Origin: the human T2T-CHM13v2.0 reference genome, Homo sapiens
NCBI RefSeq assembly: GCF_009914755.1
Contig: NC_060945.1
Reading direction: 5' to 3' (one strand)
Length of the DNA: 64,000 bases
Shown piece by piece: positions 1 to 14,009 of the stretch. The notes under the pieces are model-generated. The model was not told the DNA's origin. It did not search any database and was given only the letters and a program-made list of their open reading frames with translations. The first letter of the stretch is position 1, and the number at the start of each line of letters is the position of its first letter. The position numbers were made by a program, and so were the translations under genes.

Positions 1-61
1 CACCCTAGAAGCAGGCAGGAAGGAGAAGGAATGAAGGGAAGGGGGAAGGAATGACGCAGGC

Positions 62-512
62 AGGGGCCTCTAAACCTGGATCCAGGAACTTAAAGGGTAA
101 AAATTACATTTTTATTTTCGCTAGCCTTTAACTGAAATGTATCATTTCCTTTCAATAGGTACCTAGGCAACAAGCACAGTGGCGTGTTAGCATCCTTGTT
201 ACTTTGACACCAGTAAAAATCACTGGATCATCTCATTCCATGTTATGCCTGTCCACCACTTATGCCCATCACTGCTTCAAAATTCCCAGGTTATTAGTAC
301 CACCTCCGAGGCTTGTTATAGATCTGGTTATGGTATATTAATAGCACATGTGTTGCTACCTCATTCATTGTTTTATAATGGTATCTTAATCTTAATGTAA
401 GTGGTTTCCTTTATAACCTGTGTGTTTTATTTTGTGCATTCAAAAATCTGATTCTGAAAATTGGCCCACAGGTTTCACAGACTGCCAAAGAGGTCCGGGG
501 GCATAAATGGCT
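62..512 (+). mobile_element. hAT-Charlie DNA transposon, Charlie4a/MER80-like
   Basis: Matches the remembered consensus (AAAAATTACATTTTTATTTTC...TAACTGAAAT...CAGACTGCCAAAGAGGTCC); a homologous copy lies at 44908-45520. Confidence 0.7.
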
Positions 513-857
513 CCAGAAAAAAAAAATCTAGTATTATTAATATGGTCCATTATTATTGGTGTTATTGCCATTCATAGGTGTTAGACATTGGCCCCTCAAT
601 AAAAAGGATATGTATCTATATCGATCAATCAATCAGATAGATATAAAATTCTGAAGATATTTATAGAAGATATACAGGTATCTATATCTACCTGTAGATA
701 TGGATAATTTGTTTGCCAAGAAAATTGAGGATTTCAACATTTATTTATCTCTATTTTTTTTTCCATTGAAGTCCTCAAAAGTGATGCCAATATGACATGT
801 GGAAGTGAGAACTTGGGAAGCTGGCCTGGGATTTCTAGTGGGAAAAAGTATATTTTA

Positions 858-1235
<378 letters not shown>

Positions 1236-1414
1236 TTATGCCTGTTACTTAAAATCTAGGCCTGTTTCAATTCATTCTACCAAAGTAGACACTGAAGCAG
1301 GAATACCACTCTTTAACATAAACGGACACACACAAAGGCCCAGAACCAGTGCCAAGAGTTTTGCACCCATTAATTCATTCCATCATTTGTTTATTTTATT
1401 TGACAAATGTGCAG

Positions 1415-1990
1415 ATAGTACTTACCATGTGCCAGGCACTATTCTAAGTGCTTCAAAAGCATTATCCTATATAACCCTTTAATATGGTTTGGGTCTGTGT
1501 CCCCACCCAAAGCTCATCTCGAATTGTCATCCCCCTAATCCCCACGTGTTGAGGGTGGGACCTGGTGGGAGTTGATTGGATCATGGGGGTGGCTTTCCCC
1601 AGTGCTGTTCTCATGATAATGAGTGAGTTCTCACAAGATCTGATGGTTTTATAAGTGTTTGACCGTTCCTCCTATGCGCACATTCTCTCTCTTTCCTGCT
1701 GCCATGTAAGACATGCCTCTTTGCCTTCTGCCATGATTGTAGGTTTCCTGAGGCCTTCCCAGCCATGCAAAACTGTGAGTCAATTAAACCTTTTTCCTTT
1801 ATAAATTACCCAGTCTCAGGTATTTCTTTATAGCAGTGTGAGAATGGACTAATACAACCTTATAACAATAACAAGAGGTAGGTACTATTATTGTTGCAGA
1901 TTTTCAGATGAAGAGCTAAAGCACAGAGGGTATAGAAACTTGTGAGAAGTTCCTACAGCAAGTAATTGGTGGAGACAGCATTCAGCCCCT
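1415..1990 (-). mobile_element. MIR, split by a THE1 LTR
   Basis: CTTACCATGTGCCAGGCACTATTCTAAGTGCTT, resuming after the LTR as GAGGTAGGTACTATTATT...TTTTCAGATGAAGAGCTAAAGCACAGAG. Confidence 0.75.
1480..1856 (+). mobile_element. ERVL-MaLR solo LTR, THE1D-like
   Basis: T(A)ATATGGTTTGG...GGACTAATACA termini; 5-bp TSD CCCTT/ACCTT. Confidence 0.9.
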
Positions 1991-2110
1991 AAGCCCACCC
2001 ACCGCGGGTATTTTGGGAGGCTTGTCACACTGGCCTTCCTGCTTCTGGCTCCCCCTAGTCTTCAACAGCTAAAGGTAGGATTCAAACCTAGGTGGTCTGA
2101 ATGAGGGCAC

Positions 2111-2461
2111 TGATATGGTTTAGCTCTGTGTCCCCACCCAAATCTCATCTTGTAGCTCCCATAATTCCCACATGGTGGGAGATAATTGAATGATGGGGGC
2201 AGTTTCCCCCCTACTGTTCTCATGGTGGTGAATAAGTCTCACAAGATCTGATGGTTCTATAAGGGGTTTCCACTTTTGCTTCTCTCTCTCTCTTTGCCTG
2301 CTGCCCTCCATGTAAGACATGACTTTCTCCTCCTTGCCTTTCACCATGATTGTAAGGCCTCCCCAGCCTCATGGAACTGTGAGTCCATTAAACCTCTTTC
2401 TTTTGTAAATTGCCTAGTCTTCGGTAAGTCTTTATCAGCAGCATGAAAACGGACTAATACA
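2111..2461 (+). mobile_element. ERVL-MaLR solo LTR, THE1B-like
   Basis: TGATATGGTTT...GGACTAATACA termini; TGTAGCTCCCATAATTCCC; degenerate TSD GGCAC/GGCGT. Confidence 0.9.
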
Positions 2462-3014
2462 GGCGTGAACCCTATCACCACTAACTTGTCAGGGCATTGT
2501 CCAGGTGGGGAAACAGGCATCCAAGAGTACAAGGAGATCAGTAAGATCCTGCCCTGGGCTCCTCAGGAAACCCTCTGTGTGTCTTACCACCCATCCATTA
2601 ATGCGAGGCAAAGAGGAAACTCACACTTTCCTAACTTTGCTTATTTTTCATCCTTCAAAGGACAGCTCTTGTGCAGATCCCAAATCAACATCAGATGAAA
2701 GTATGGGAGCAGCATCTAATCAGCCATCTTGACTCGGGTGGCTACTTAACAGCCACCTGCCCTGACCGGTCCTTCATTTGCAAGCAAGGCTGCTGCTCAG
2801 CATTCTCGCCCACTCAGTGGTTAGTTCTGAGAGCCACATATTGACCAGTAAGCCCATCTGCACAGCCCCTTGGAATTGGGTCTAAGCCATCACTTCATTC
2901 TGATGATGGAAAAGCAGGAATGTGGAGTCTGAGTGACTTAGCCCTGGCTCGGCAAGATCTGAATTCAACTCAATCCTCAATGCTTCCTTCTCCCAAGAAA
3001 AGCCTATGGTACTC

Positions 3015-3270
3015 CTTTCTAAAAAATCATTCCTGCTATGAACTGACATACAATAAAATGCATCCATTTTTATTTGCACAACCCAACGAGCTTCGACAAA
3101 AGTAAACATACATGACCATCACAACAATATAGAATTGTCCCGTTACCCCAAAAAGTTTTCTACATGCCTTTGCCATCATTCCCACTCCTGGCCCAAAGCA
3201 ACATGGGAGATTTGACTTCCCTTTTCTAGAACTTTGTATAAATAGAATCAGATAAAACTTCGTAGACATG
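3015..3270 (-). mobile_element. Old L1M 3' end fragment
   Basis: ACTGACATACAATAAAATGCATCCATTTT...TTTTCTAGAACTTTGTATAAATAGAATCA resembles an L1MB/ME 3' UTR. Confidence 0.6.
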
Positions 3271-4073
3271 GAAGCTAGAGACAACGCTGTCTGTGCATTG
3301 ACTGTCTGCTGTGCTCCAGGGAGGTTGGGAGAATATTTACATCAATGCCGTTTGAAGGCGCTTCTCCACCCTAACTAGGTGCACGTCTCATGAGCTACCT
3401 GTGAGAGTCTCGTTGACACAGGAATGACAAGATAGTGTGCTCTTTGTCCTCCATGCACTGAGAACCCAGCACAGCCTTCCACACACAGCTTCCCCCACCT
3501 ACATACACCTGTCCCTTAGCAGTCTGGTTGCTAGGAAACATCCACTCTATTTCATCTTTACACATAACATGCCGTATTTCCCTAAGCCCCCAGAGTGGGC
3601 TCTTGTCACTTCCGTTTCATTTCTCCCTACTCAGCCCACATCTCTCCCAGGGCTCCCCATAAAGCACATTCCCACTAGAGGAGCAAAAGCTGGAGGTTCC
3701 TCGTTTCCTTTTAGGTGAGCATGAATGAAACACGCGGGGGCTGCTGTGGGAGAGAAGAATCTCACAGAACATCTTGGTTTAGAGCATAGGCAGGCAGGCA
3801 CTGAGCCCTGGGTCGCCCACTCTTGGATGAGAGAGCCTTGTCTTTCTGAGCCTGGCTTCCCCCATTAAAAAACCCAGGCTAAAAGTGGTCCCCATCTCCA
3901 AGAACTGTGAGGGGACCATCACTCCCATGCCTTGCATGGAGCATGGCTGCCCAGTCAGGATTTACTGCTGTCAACGCCCACCTCACTATGCCCACGTGTG
4001 GCATCAATGACGGTCAATGCAAATGACCTGCCCTTGTCAAGCTCAACTCAGGGTTCCCTTTATAAAAGCATCA

Positions 4074-4398
<325 letters not shown>

Positions 4399-4445
4399 AA
4401 AGCATAATGCTCAGGAAAATAACACCATATCTTTTGTTTCAGACT

Positions 4446-4850
4446 TTGGTAGGCAGAACAGTCCCCAAAGATGTCCACGTCCTAATCCCGGAACCCATGA
4501 ATACATGAATACACTTTGTTACACAGCAAAAAAGACTCTGCCAAAGTGATGAAGGCAATTTCTTCATCTCCCTTTTGAAAGGGCGATCGTCTGGGATTCA
4601 CCAGAGAGTCCCCAGGAGCTCGGGATGGCTCCCAGCTCTGACAGCAAGGAAGGAAACAGGGTCTCAGCCATATAGCCACAGGGAACCAGAGGCTGGCAAT
4701 GGCCTGGAATGGTTTAGAAGTAGATTTCCCGGAGCCTCCTGATGAAAGCCCAGCTGGTCAACCCCAGGACGGTGGTCTGTGAGAGCCACAGGAGAGAAAC
4801 CAGCTGAGCCGAGTGGGCCTTTGGGCCTACAGGCCTGTGTGACAGGACAG
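4446..4850 (+). mobile_element. MaLR LTR, MLT1E-like
   Basis: TGGTAGGCAGAA...CCCCAAAGATGTCCACGTCCTAATCCCGGAACC 5' end with an MLT1E-type body. Confidence 0.75.
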
Positions 4851-5216
4851 TGGTGGGAGGGAGCCATCCGCCTCTGCCCACTGCCCTCTGTGACTCCAGC
4901 GCACTCGGGGTCCCACTTCCACACCCTCTGCAAAGGCCCTCGCAGCCTGCCCGTGTCTCCGCCTCCTCCCCAAGGTCTCCCCTCCCGCCTGCTCCTCCAA
5001 CAGATGGGCCCCTGGCTTTGCACTACTCCTCTTTTCCCTTCCTCAGGACTTTATTTTTATTTTATTTTATTTATTTTTATTCCGGTACCACCTCTCAGTG
5101 AGACCCACTGTCACCCCATCAGCGCCCTCTCCACCCTCCCCTGCTTTACTTCTCCTTATCATCCAGCATGCATCTATTCACCAATATATTATTTATCGCC
5201 TGGCTTTTCTACTAGG

Positions 5217-5432
5217 CAAATGATTCTCAACTGGCGGTGACATCGCTCCTCACTTCTCCCGGGGGACAGTGGGCAGTGCCCGGGGTCACTTTTGATTGTC
5301 ACAATTGGAGGAGGCCCCTGACATCTGGTGAGTGGAGGCCAGGGATGCTGCTTAACATCCTTCAATGCACAGGAAGGCCCAGCCACAAAGCACGATCCAG
5401 CCCAAAACGCCGGCAGTGCCTCGGCAGAAATG
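5217..5432 (+). mobile_element. MER20 (hAT-Charlie), inserted in an L2 remnant
   Basis: TGATTCTCAAC...TTTTGATTGTCACAA...GAGGCCAGGGATGCTGCTTAACATCCT. Confidence 0.85.
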
Positions 5433-5851
5433 TCACCTCCTACACCATCAACTCTGTGAGAGCGGGGATTTGTTTGTCACGACTGCGTCCTGGTGCCCAG
5501 ACCAAAGCCTGCACATCACGGTGCTCCGTGGATGGGTTTGAAGGAGCGGACCTGGACCAGAGCGTGCTGTAGGCCACAGTCAGTGCCGGCCCACCCAGAA
5601 CTGGCCACTCAGAGGTTACCCATCTCTATCGCTTTCTTTCCCAGAGTCGGAAACTTGGAACCACTTTCAACTTTTCCTCTTCTGCTTCCCCTCTAGGTTC
5701 CACAGGGGGGCCTCGCTGCTGGGCAGGGGCCTCCGGGCTCCTCCATCCTCCTCCGCCCAGCTCTGCCCTCCCAGCGAGGAATCTCCTGTGGAACATGGTG
5801 GGATCTCATTGTCCCTGCTGCAGGAAGTGGAGCAAAGAAACCGAGGTAGGG

Positions 5852-6212
<361 letters not shown>

Positions 6213-6499
6213 TTACCTGGTGTTCATCAACATTCCAGAATTCTGCACTGAAGGAATCCCATGCAAGTCTGTCTCACAGTGGGAGAGCAAGGCCCCTTTT
6301 TTATTCACGCGGGCTCTGGGATGACCAGGGTCAGCATAGCATGATTTACACACGCTGCTTGAACCAAATCAGTGAATGGAACAGCCCTGGAGTCATTGTA
6401 AACAAACCCAGATTCGCTGGACGCCCGCTGAGCTGAAAACCACAGGAAGAGGAGAGAAGACATACAAACCTCTTTCTCAAATGAGACTTTCTCCCAGAA

Positions 6500-7080
6500 C
6501 CTAATGTTCGGGAAAAATCTTCCTAATTACTCGTTAATTGGCATATTATCAGCACTTTGTGCCAAGGATTAAGTGGGTAATTCCCATTATTTCTAGAGAG
6601 CAAGGTAATGCATCCACTCAGCCAGGCAGAGTGCGCGCAGCTCTGGAACTGTCACCACTGAGGCCTGCGGGCAGCCCCGTCCACGAGCCCAGTCCTCAGC
6701 CCTGCGGAAACGCTGGCTGCGCTGTTGAAGCCAACTCCTGAGACTTGTATTTTTCCGACAATGTGAAAAAACATTTCATCATTCAGCCTGATTTTCATTT
6801 CTCACTTCTTGGGTATACATTTTTTGAAAATGGATTTTCCTCTTAAAGAATAATTTATTGTGTAAGTCAGTCTAATTCTCCTGCTCCGGAACTTTGTGTT
6901 TTGAACCTCTTGGTCATTCAAGTAAGAGCACTGGGGTAATTTTAGCATTGCTAATTGGCTCGATAAAGAAATGTATTTTAAACAACTATGATTCAGCACT
7001 TAATCACAGCATTTGATGATATTGTCATTACAAAAACCTCTATTCTCCATTAAAAATAATTAAACCATCTTAAAGTTTGA
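6500..7080. promoter_or_regulatory. Candidate homeodomain-rich developmental enhancer
   Basis: No recognisable repeat; TAATTA 6524, TAATTG 6535, GGATTA 6566, CTAATTGG 6951, TAATTA 7057, with a CpG-containing central patch. Motif inference only. Confidence 0.35.
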
Positions 7081-7679
7081 CCATCCTATGTTGGCCTAAA
7101 CTTTCTATATTTCCATATTACTCAAATGTTTATGGACAAGAGAACTGTGGTACATAAAGAGAGAGAGAGAGGGAGAGATGGAGAAGGAGGGAGAAGAGAG
7201 CACGCACCCTGGAACTTGGGTTTAAGTCCCAGCTCTTCCATCTGCCGACTATGTCTGCAGAACAGTCCTCACCCTCTGAGACCATTTCTTCTTCTCTGTG
7301 GGGAGGATGTGCTGGGACCACAAGGTATCAGGACAGCCCTGTCCCCAGGGGTAGGGAAGAATGACCTCAGAAGGAAATGAGAAGGAAGGGGCTCTGGGAT
7401 CAGGCAAGGGTCTAGCAGGGTGTACCAAGCACTCCTGTAGGGCAGGAGCCCCAGGGACATATGTGGAAGCCCATATATCTTGGGGAATATGTGGAAGCGC
7501 ATATACAAGAAATGATCCCTCTCCTTCCTGGGTGTCTGCACCATGGGACATGCTCTCGGAGGCAGCTTGCCAGAAGGGCCACCAGTCTCCAGTCACTATT
7601 CAGGCAGCCCTCTACTTTAGCCCCCAAAACTTTTAAAAGGTAAAAGTCTGAAAGTCCAAGAATGAATTTACCTATTTTA

Positions 7680-8080
7680 CCAGTTAGGATCGGGTTGACT
7701 GCAAGTATCATAGATACCAAATCACAGTGGCTTAAACAACACGGGACTGGGTTTGGCTTCATTTTCCCTGCAAAGTGTGGCAGAAATGATCCAGCTCCTC
7801 TTCACCGAGCCTGCAGGACCTGGCCTCTTCATTCTTCCACTTGGCCCCCTCTAAGGTGAGGTCCTTGTCTCATGGTCCAAGATGGCACCCAGCCACCACA
7901 TCTGCATCTGCATCTACAGTGGGGTTTGTTGTTGTCACCTCATTGGCCAGAACCAGCCACATGTCTTCACGTAGTTTCACGGGAAGCAGGGAAACATAGT
8001 GATTTCTTCTAGGCAGTCATGTGCCCAGCCAAAAATTCCACGCTATGGAAGAAGATCTGGGGGAAATATAGCAAATTCTG
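7680..8080 (-). mobile_element. Old MaLR LTR, MLT1J/K-like
   Basis: CAGTTAGGAT...CAGTGGCTTAAACAA...CTCATGGTCCAAGATGGC...CATTGGCCAGAAC...CACATG. Confidence 0.65.
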
Positions 8081-8454
8081 CCTCTCATATTAGGGTGCAA
8101 GGAAGTGGTAGTTCTGTTTCCAGAAAACAAAAATGCCTGTAATGATGGTTTCATAAGTGCTGGCAACTCAGTAGGAAGGGGAGAGCAGCAGGAGAGCCTG
8201 GCCAACGGAGGTTGGTGCTGGTGTCACCTCCCTCCATCTCTCCTTTCTGGTAGCCAGTGCATCTCCCCACACCTCTGGAGAGGCCAAGACAGGCAGATGG
8301 GCAGCCATGTCCCCTCTACATGGACGCATTGGGTGCCTATAGCCAGGCTCGAGCAAAAGAGTCTGTCTTCTCCATTTTCCACAATGCAAGCCTTGTGGGG
8401 CTTCATCTCCAGTCCCTCCCCTCAACAAGCTCCCTCTGCAAGCCCTTTACCCTG

Positions 8455-8662
8455 AAGAGCGTCCACGGCATTTAGGGCTGCACAGGTCTTTGTTGAGGGA
8501 GCTGTCTTGGGCACTGTAGGAGGCTGAGCAGCACCACTGTCCTCTACCTACAAGATGCCAGGAGCAACCCTCAGTGTGACAACCAAAACTGTCTCCAGAA
8601 GGTGCCAAATGTCCCCTGGGGGGTAAAATTACACACACACCCTCCCTCAATGAGACTCACTG
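8455..8662 (-). mobile_element. MER20
   Basis: GTGACAACCAAAACTGTCTCCAGA...GCCAAATGTCCCCTGGGGG is the reverse complement of the MER20 core. Confidence 0.85.
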
Positions 8663-9199
8663 CCACAAACCCGGGACCAGCTATGTCTCCATCTCCAGGT
8701 GAAGCACCGATTTCCATAAGACACAAAGAAAGGAGGCAGGGCTGGAACCTCCTCTATCTGCAGTAGGGATGGTGTTTGTTGATGAAGGGGCACAGGATCT
8801 CAAAAGAAAAGGTGGGAAACTGGGGAGAGAGAGAGGCAGATAACAGAGGGAGTGCCACTAGAGACATGCTCATTTGGAGACCTCGGACTAGAGCCATGGC
8901 TGCCATGAGATGCAGGTGGCACAGGCGACACACCCCTTGCAGCACTTCCCACGTTTCATTATAATCTCGTTTCTTCAGTACCTTCTGCCTCTACAATTAT
9001 GAGCTCCTCAAGGGCAGGTCTGGGTCTAGGTCACTGCTGCATCCCCCATGCTAGGCAAGTACTTGACCCTTCACTGGTGCTTAATATTTGATGAATCAAT
9101 GAATGAATCAATGGGTGGTTACTTATTTCCCCACTAAAGGGACTGTTTCATATCAAAAATATGTGGTTTAAACAACACCAGGCAGAAGGCACTCAACTA

Positions 9200-9395
9200 T
9201 GTAACATTTCCATATGCCAGGCACTAATCCAAGGGCTTTGTATGAAGTAGCTTATTTCATTCTCAAAGCAACCCAAGGAGGTGGAGTACTATTGTTACCT
9301 CCACCTCCAGGAAGGAGAGTGAGACACAAAAGTTAAGTAACTTGCTCAAGGTCATATCGCTAGTAAGTGATAGAGCCAGGATAGAAGCCCATATC
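9200..9395 (-). mobile_element. MIR
   Basis: ATGCCAGGCACT...GTTAAGTAACTTGCTCAAGGTCATATCGCTAGTAAGTGATAGAGCCAGGA core. Confidence 0.75.
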
Positions 9396-9479
9396 AATCA
9401 TTTACTCCCAGGTTACGTGGATTTTTCGATATTTACTCTGCAATACTGCCTTTTTGTCAAACAATAATACAATGCTGAC

Positions 9480-9971
9480 ATGTGTTGCCTGTCCTGCCTC
9501 CTTTCCTTCCCAAACTGCTCTCCCTCCCTTCTACACAGTTCTCTCCAGTGGATGTCATGGCCATGTGATCCACTTCACCCACCCTAGAAGTGGGCAGTCA
9601 CTCAGGCCTATGAAATTGTCCCACCCCAGTCCCACCCCCACACACTGTGATTGGCCCAGAGCTGGCCCAATCAGAGTTCTTTGGGGGAACTGAAATGGAG
9701 CTTAAGGTAAGAGGTCACACTTGGTCTGGAGGTCCTACTATGTAGTCACAGAAATTACTAGGGACCATCTTGAAGCCATATGAAGAAAATCTGTGAAACT
9801 GAAGATAAGCAGAGGCAGCTACAGCTGAGACAGTCGTCTCGATGATGTCATCTGAGACTCTGGATCCAGCTGGACCCAAAGCCCCTCCTTTCCTTCTGCC
9901 TTCCCTTTTTTCTTAAGCCAGTCTGAGCTCAGTTTTTGTCACCTGCATCTGAATAAGTCCTGACCCAAACA
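9480..9971 (+). mobile_element. ERVL LTR, LTR16-like
   Basis: GTGATTGG...GGCCCAATCAGAG...CTGGATCCAGCT...CTTAAGCCAGTCTGAGCT...TGTCACCTGCA...GTCCTGAC..AACA 3' end. Confidence 0.65.
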
Positions 9972-10840
9972 AATATCTAGATAGTATTAGTTGACTCTAT
10001 GAAGGCCTAGTATCTATGGACCAAAATGGTCTTGATTTTATTTAATTTCTATTAATTGAGTGAGATGCTCTTTAATCCAGCATTTGCATCTCCTCAGCAT
10101 GAACATGAAGAACAGAAACAAGGGCAGACCTTATTTCAAAATGGAATCTCAAGATATGTTTGGCTTCCGGGGGAAAAAAAATGCCTTATTGACTTTAGCA
10201 TGAAGGATGGGCTTCGTGGCATCTTCACCCCCAAGCATCAGTGCTCCGTGCTTGTTCTGAACGACAGAACAGGGCCTCATCCATACCACTGATTCAACAC
10301 AGAATGTATGGCTCATTTCCTTTGCTTCAGAGAAAGCATTTAAATGGTAAGATTGGTGAAACTCTCAATGACTTTTGCATTTTCAACACCTTTGTAAGAT
10401 CTAACTCAAGGCTGATAGCATACATGCTCAAGAAGTAGTATTGATTGATTGAAAGAGCATAGGTGACAGGTGTCAGATACATGAGATGGTTCTTTGATTT
10501 TGAACCACGTATTATTAACCATGAGTATCCACTGAAAAGCTTCTGATTATAAGCAATTCTTAGTTTCACGTTTTAAGCTGGAGAATAATCGTTTTGTATT
10601 TATTATGAAAATTTGCTGTATATGAAACAACTCAAGTTACAGCAAAGAAAACTCAAAAAGTGCAAATGATCAAAAGCTTAGAGATGATGGAAGGGAAAAC
10701 TTCTCATTGTAATCTAAATAATACCAGCAATTTTTAATCGGCTCATTTGTGTTCCAGAAATGCAGGATGATTCAGAAAGGTGAAGTGCTTAGGATCTCAG
10801 AAACATTTCTTTTTATCTTTGGCTTTCTTTTTAAAACACT

Positions 10841-11189
10841 TAATATGGTTTGCCTGTGTCCCCACCCAAATCTCATCTTGACTTGTATTTCCCATAATCC
10901 CCTCGTGGGAGGGACCCAGTAGGAGGTAATTGAATCATGGGGGTGCTTACCCCCATGCTGCTGTTCTCATAAGATCTGAAGGTTTTATAAGGGGCTTTTT
11001 CTCCCTTTTCTCGGCACTTCTCCTTGCTGCTGCCATGTGAAGAAGAACATGTTTGCTTCCCCTTCCACCATGATTGTAAGTTTCCTGAGTCCTCTCCAGC
11101 CCTGCAGAACTGTGAGTCAATTAAACCTCTTTCCTTTATACCCAGTCTTAGGTACGTCTTTATTACCGGTGTGAGAACAGACTAATATA
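10841..11189 (+). mobile_element. ERVL-MaLR solo LTR, THE1C-like
   Basis: THE1 termini; perfect 5-bp TSD ACACT (10836-10840 and 11190-11194). Confidence 0.9.
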
Positions 11190-12724
11190 ACACTCAAACA
11201 CAGTCTCAGAGATATCATCCCAGTGTTTTAGCCTTTCTGTTTGCATTAAAGAGTGGATATTTTATCATAACATGCATATTATTTCTGATTCATAGAACAG
11301 GAATGGAGCAACCAAAACAAAAGCTTTGGTTAATGAAAAACTTCATTGGCAGGAGAAAAAACTTCCTAAGTACAGCAAGTTTCCATACGTTTACCATAAA
11401 AGTAACCTAGACTCCACCTTGGAGCATGTAAATATACAGACTGTTCATTGTATATGTTGGCAATGGTTTAAAAAAAAAGAAGATTTGGACACATATCCTA
11501 TTAAAATGTAATTGCCACTTTTATCATTTACTCAGATAACATATGAAAGGACTGGTACACATTCATCAAGGAAGTAGTCATTTTATTACAGTCAAGTGAT
11601 GGGATGATGTATTGTGCAACGTGCCCTGCCTTCCTGGTTTATGGGACAGTTAGAGTACATTGCCCATGAGTGTTATCTACACACAGCTGTAAAGAGCTCT
11701 TTAAAGACCATCCAGAAACATCAACTAGTTAAATATCTCTATGTATAAGTTCATGTGTGTATATTTTTCAATTTCCTAATTATGTTTGTTTAAGAGCAAA
11801 CCCAGTTGAGTATCTTTAGACCCAAAAGTTGGATTTCAACTCTGAATCTAAAGTGAAATGGGAACTTTCCCCAGGGTTGAAACTTACATCCAGGGCAACT
11901 CCTAGAGATCCTATGAAGCCCTAAGAACCACAGATGTTAGAGTGAGATTCACCCGATTTTTTGATGGAGTGATTGATTCCCCTGTGCTCAGGACTGGGCT
12001 GAAGGCAGCATCTATTCCTAAATTCTGCTAGATTCTACAAGATGTTTTGTTTTGGTTTTTCTTCTTTTTACCATGAGGAAGTGGAGTCAGGTGCTGACCT
12101 TCAGGCCTTTGAACTTGCCTTAGCTACCAGCATTTTTCAAACTTCAACACTGTGACCATCACCTGGGGAATCTCATGACAATGCAGACTCTGATTCAGCA
12201 GGCTGAGGGTGGGAGGAGGCAAAGGGGAATTCATCCCATCTGTCCACAGCCTTCCCATTGGAACCTAAGTCCCACATGCCTAGAAACTCCCTTGGCCAAA
12301 ATTTCTCTGAAGATAAATAAAATGGCAAGAGCCAGGGGTGCTTGCCATTTTCATCTGCCAAATGAGGTTATAGAAGACTCTGTTTTAGAAGGGCCACAGC
12401 CCAGAGGTCTAGGTGATGCTGAAAAATGACACATGGCCGATTCCCAAAGAAATGATAGAATTTCCCATCTAGCAAAGATACCAGAAAGCTGAACTCACCT
12501 TTCATCATTTTTAAAAAAGGATAACGTCTTTGGGAAGCTTTTCTTCCCATGAAATCTTACTGCCTTCCCAGGGTATCACATATTTAAAGTACAGCTGTGC
12601 TCATCGAAGGAGAGAGAGGACAGGGGAAGGTAAAACCTTTCTCCTGCCCTGTAGGGGCCTCTCCCCAGAATTCCTCAGGACCCACAGAGGAAAGCTGAAA
12701 TGCTTGGATTTAATACAATGCCCC

Positions 12725-13225
12725 ATTTTTTTTAACTGAGCTGAACATAAAATTAAGCATTTTAAAAGGAAAGATTCGGTACATTCACAACATTGTGTGA
12801 CCACCACCTCTATCTAGTTGCAAAACATTTTCATCAACCCCAATAAGCACCAAACCCATTAAGCAATCAATCTCCAGTCCCTCCTCCCTTTACCCCATAG
12901 CACCACCAATTTGCTTCCTGTGGGTACAGGTTTACCTATTCTAGTATTTCATATCAATGGAATCGGACAATATGTGCCTTTTTAGATCTGTCATCTTTCA
13001 CTTAGCATAATGTTTTCAAGGTCCATCCACACTGTAGCACATATCAGGAGGTATTCCTTTTTATGGCTGAATAATAATCTATTGTAGGGAGACATTCGTC
13101 TCCCCATTGATGGACATTGGGGTTGTTTCCACCACCTTTTGGCTACTGCGAATTACTGTGTCTCTGAGCATTAGTGTGTAAGCACTTGAGTTTCTGTCTA
13201 CAGTTCTTTTGGGTATATACCTCCA
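12725..13225 (-). mobile_element. L1MB-type 3' fragment
   Basis: TACATTCACAACATTGTG...CTTTCACTTAGCATAATGTTTTCAAGGTCCATCC...TTGATGGACATTGGGGTTG. Confidence 0.85.
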
Positions 13226-14009
13226 TGCTCCAATGCTATAGATGAAGAACCAGGCCACAAAAGATCTAGTGACTTGGCTAGGCTTACTCAGCAAGCTCAT
13301 GGCTATGCTGGACCCCAGGTCACCGAGTACCTGCTCCAGCTTCTACTGAACCCCAACATTCCATGAGAGCTTGGACTTGGCCCCACCTCTCCACTTATGG
13401 CAATGCCAGTTCCCTGGCTGGGAAAGCCCTCTCTGGTTTTCTTTCCCTTCCAAATCTTCCCACTCAGATCTCAGCACTCTATCCTCCTTCCCCACAAGGT
13501 GTTCCCTGACCACCCACAGCCCTTCCACTTCTTCCTCTAATTTCCAGTCTTATGATAATCTAATTATAAGTCCACATGGCACACAGTGTGTTTCACGGGT
13601 AATTTGGTGACTTGTGTTGACAGTAAGATATTTGAGGACAGGAGCTTAGCAAATCTTTATGACAGATTAAATACATGGGCAGAGGCTTGCAGAGCCAGAT
13701 GGGTGACTTCATCTGGTCTGCTGGCATCCACTTTGGCTGACATGACTAGCAATGTTACAGTCACTATACAGTTGACATGACGACATTCAACAACACCAAA
13801 AGGTCTAAACAGTGCTTTAGATCCCCTGGCTGGTGATGTTCACAGCAGCGAAGTCACCAGGAATATGCAAAGACACAACAAGCCTTGTCAACACCACCTT
13901 GCCACAGCTGGAGCCACTAAATATGTGGACAGAGTCCTGGCCCAAGAGTATAGCCCAGGAGAGGAATGGACATCCCTCTCCCCACCTTTGAGTAGAAAAT
14001 GACCAGTGA

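Noticed and set aside
2355-2375. PRDM9 hotspot motif position in the THE1 LTRs
   Set aside because: The copies read CCTCCCCAGCCTC, CCTTCCCAGCCAT and CCTCTCCAGCCCT; none matches CCTCCCTNNCCAC
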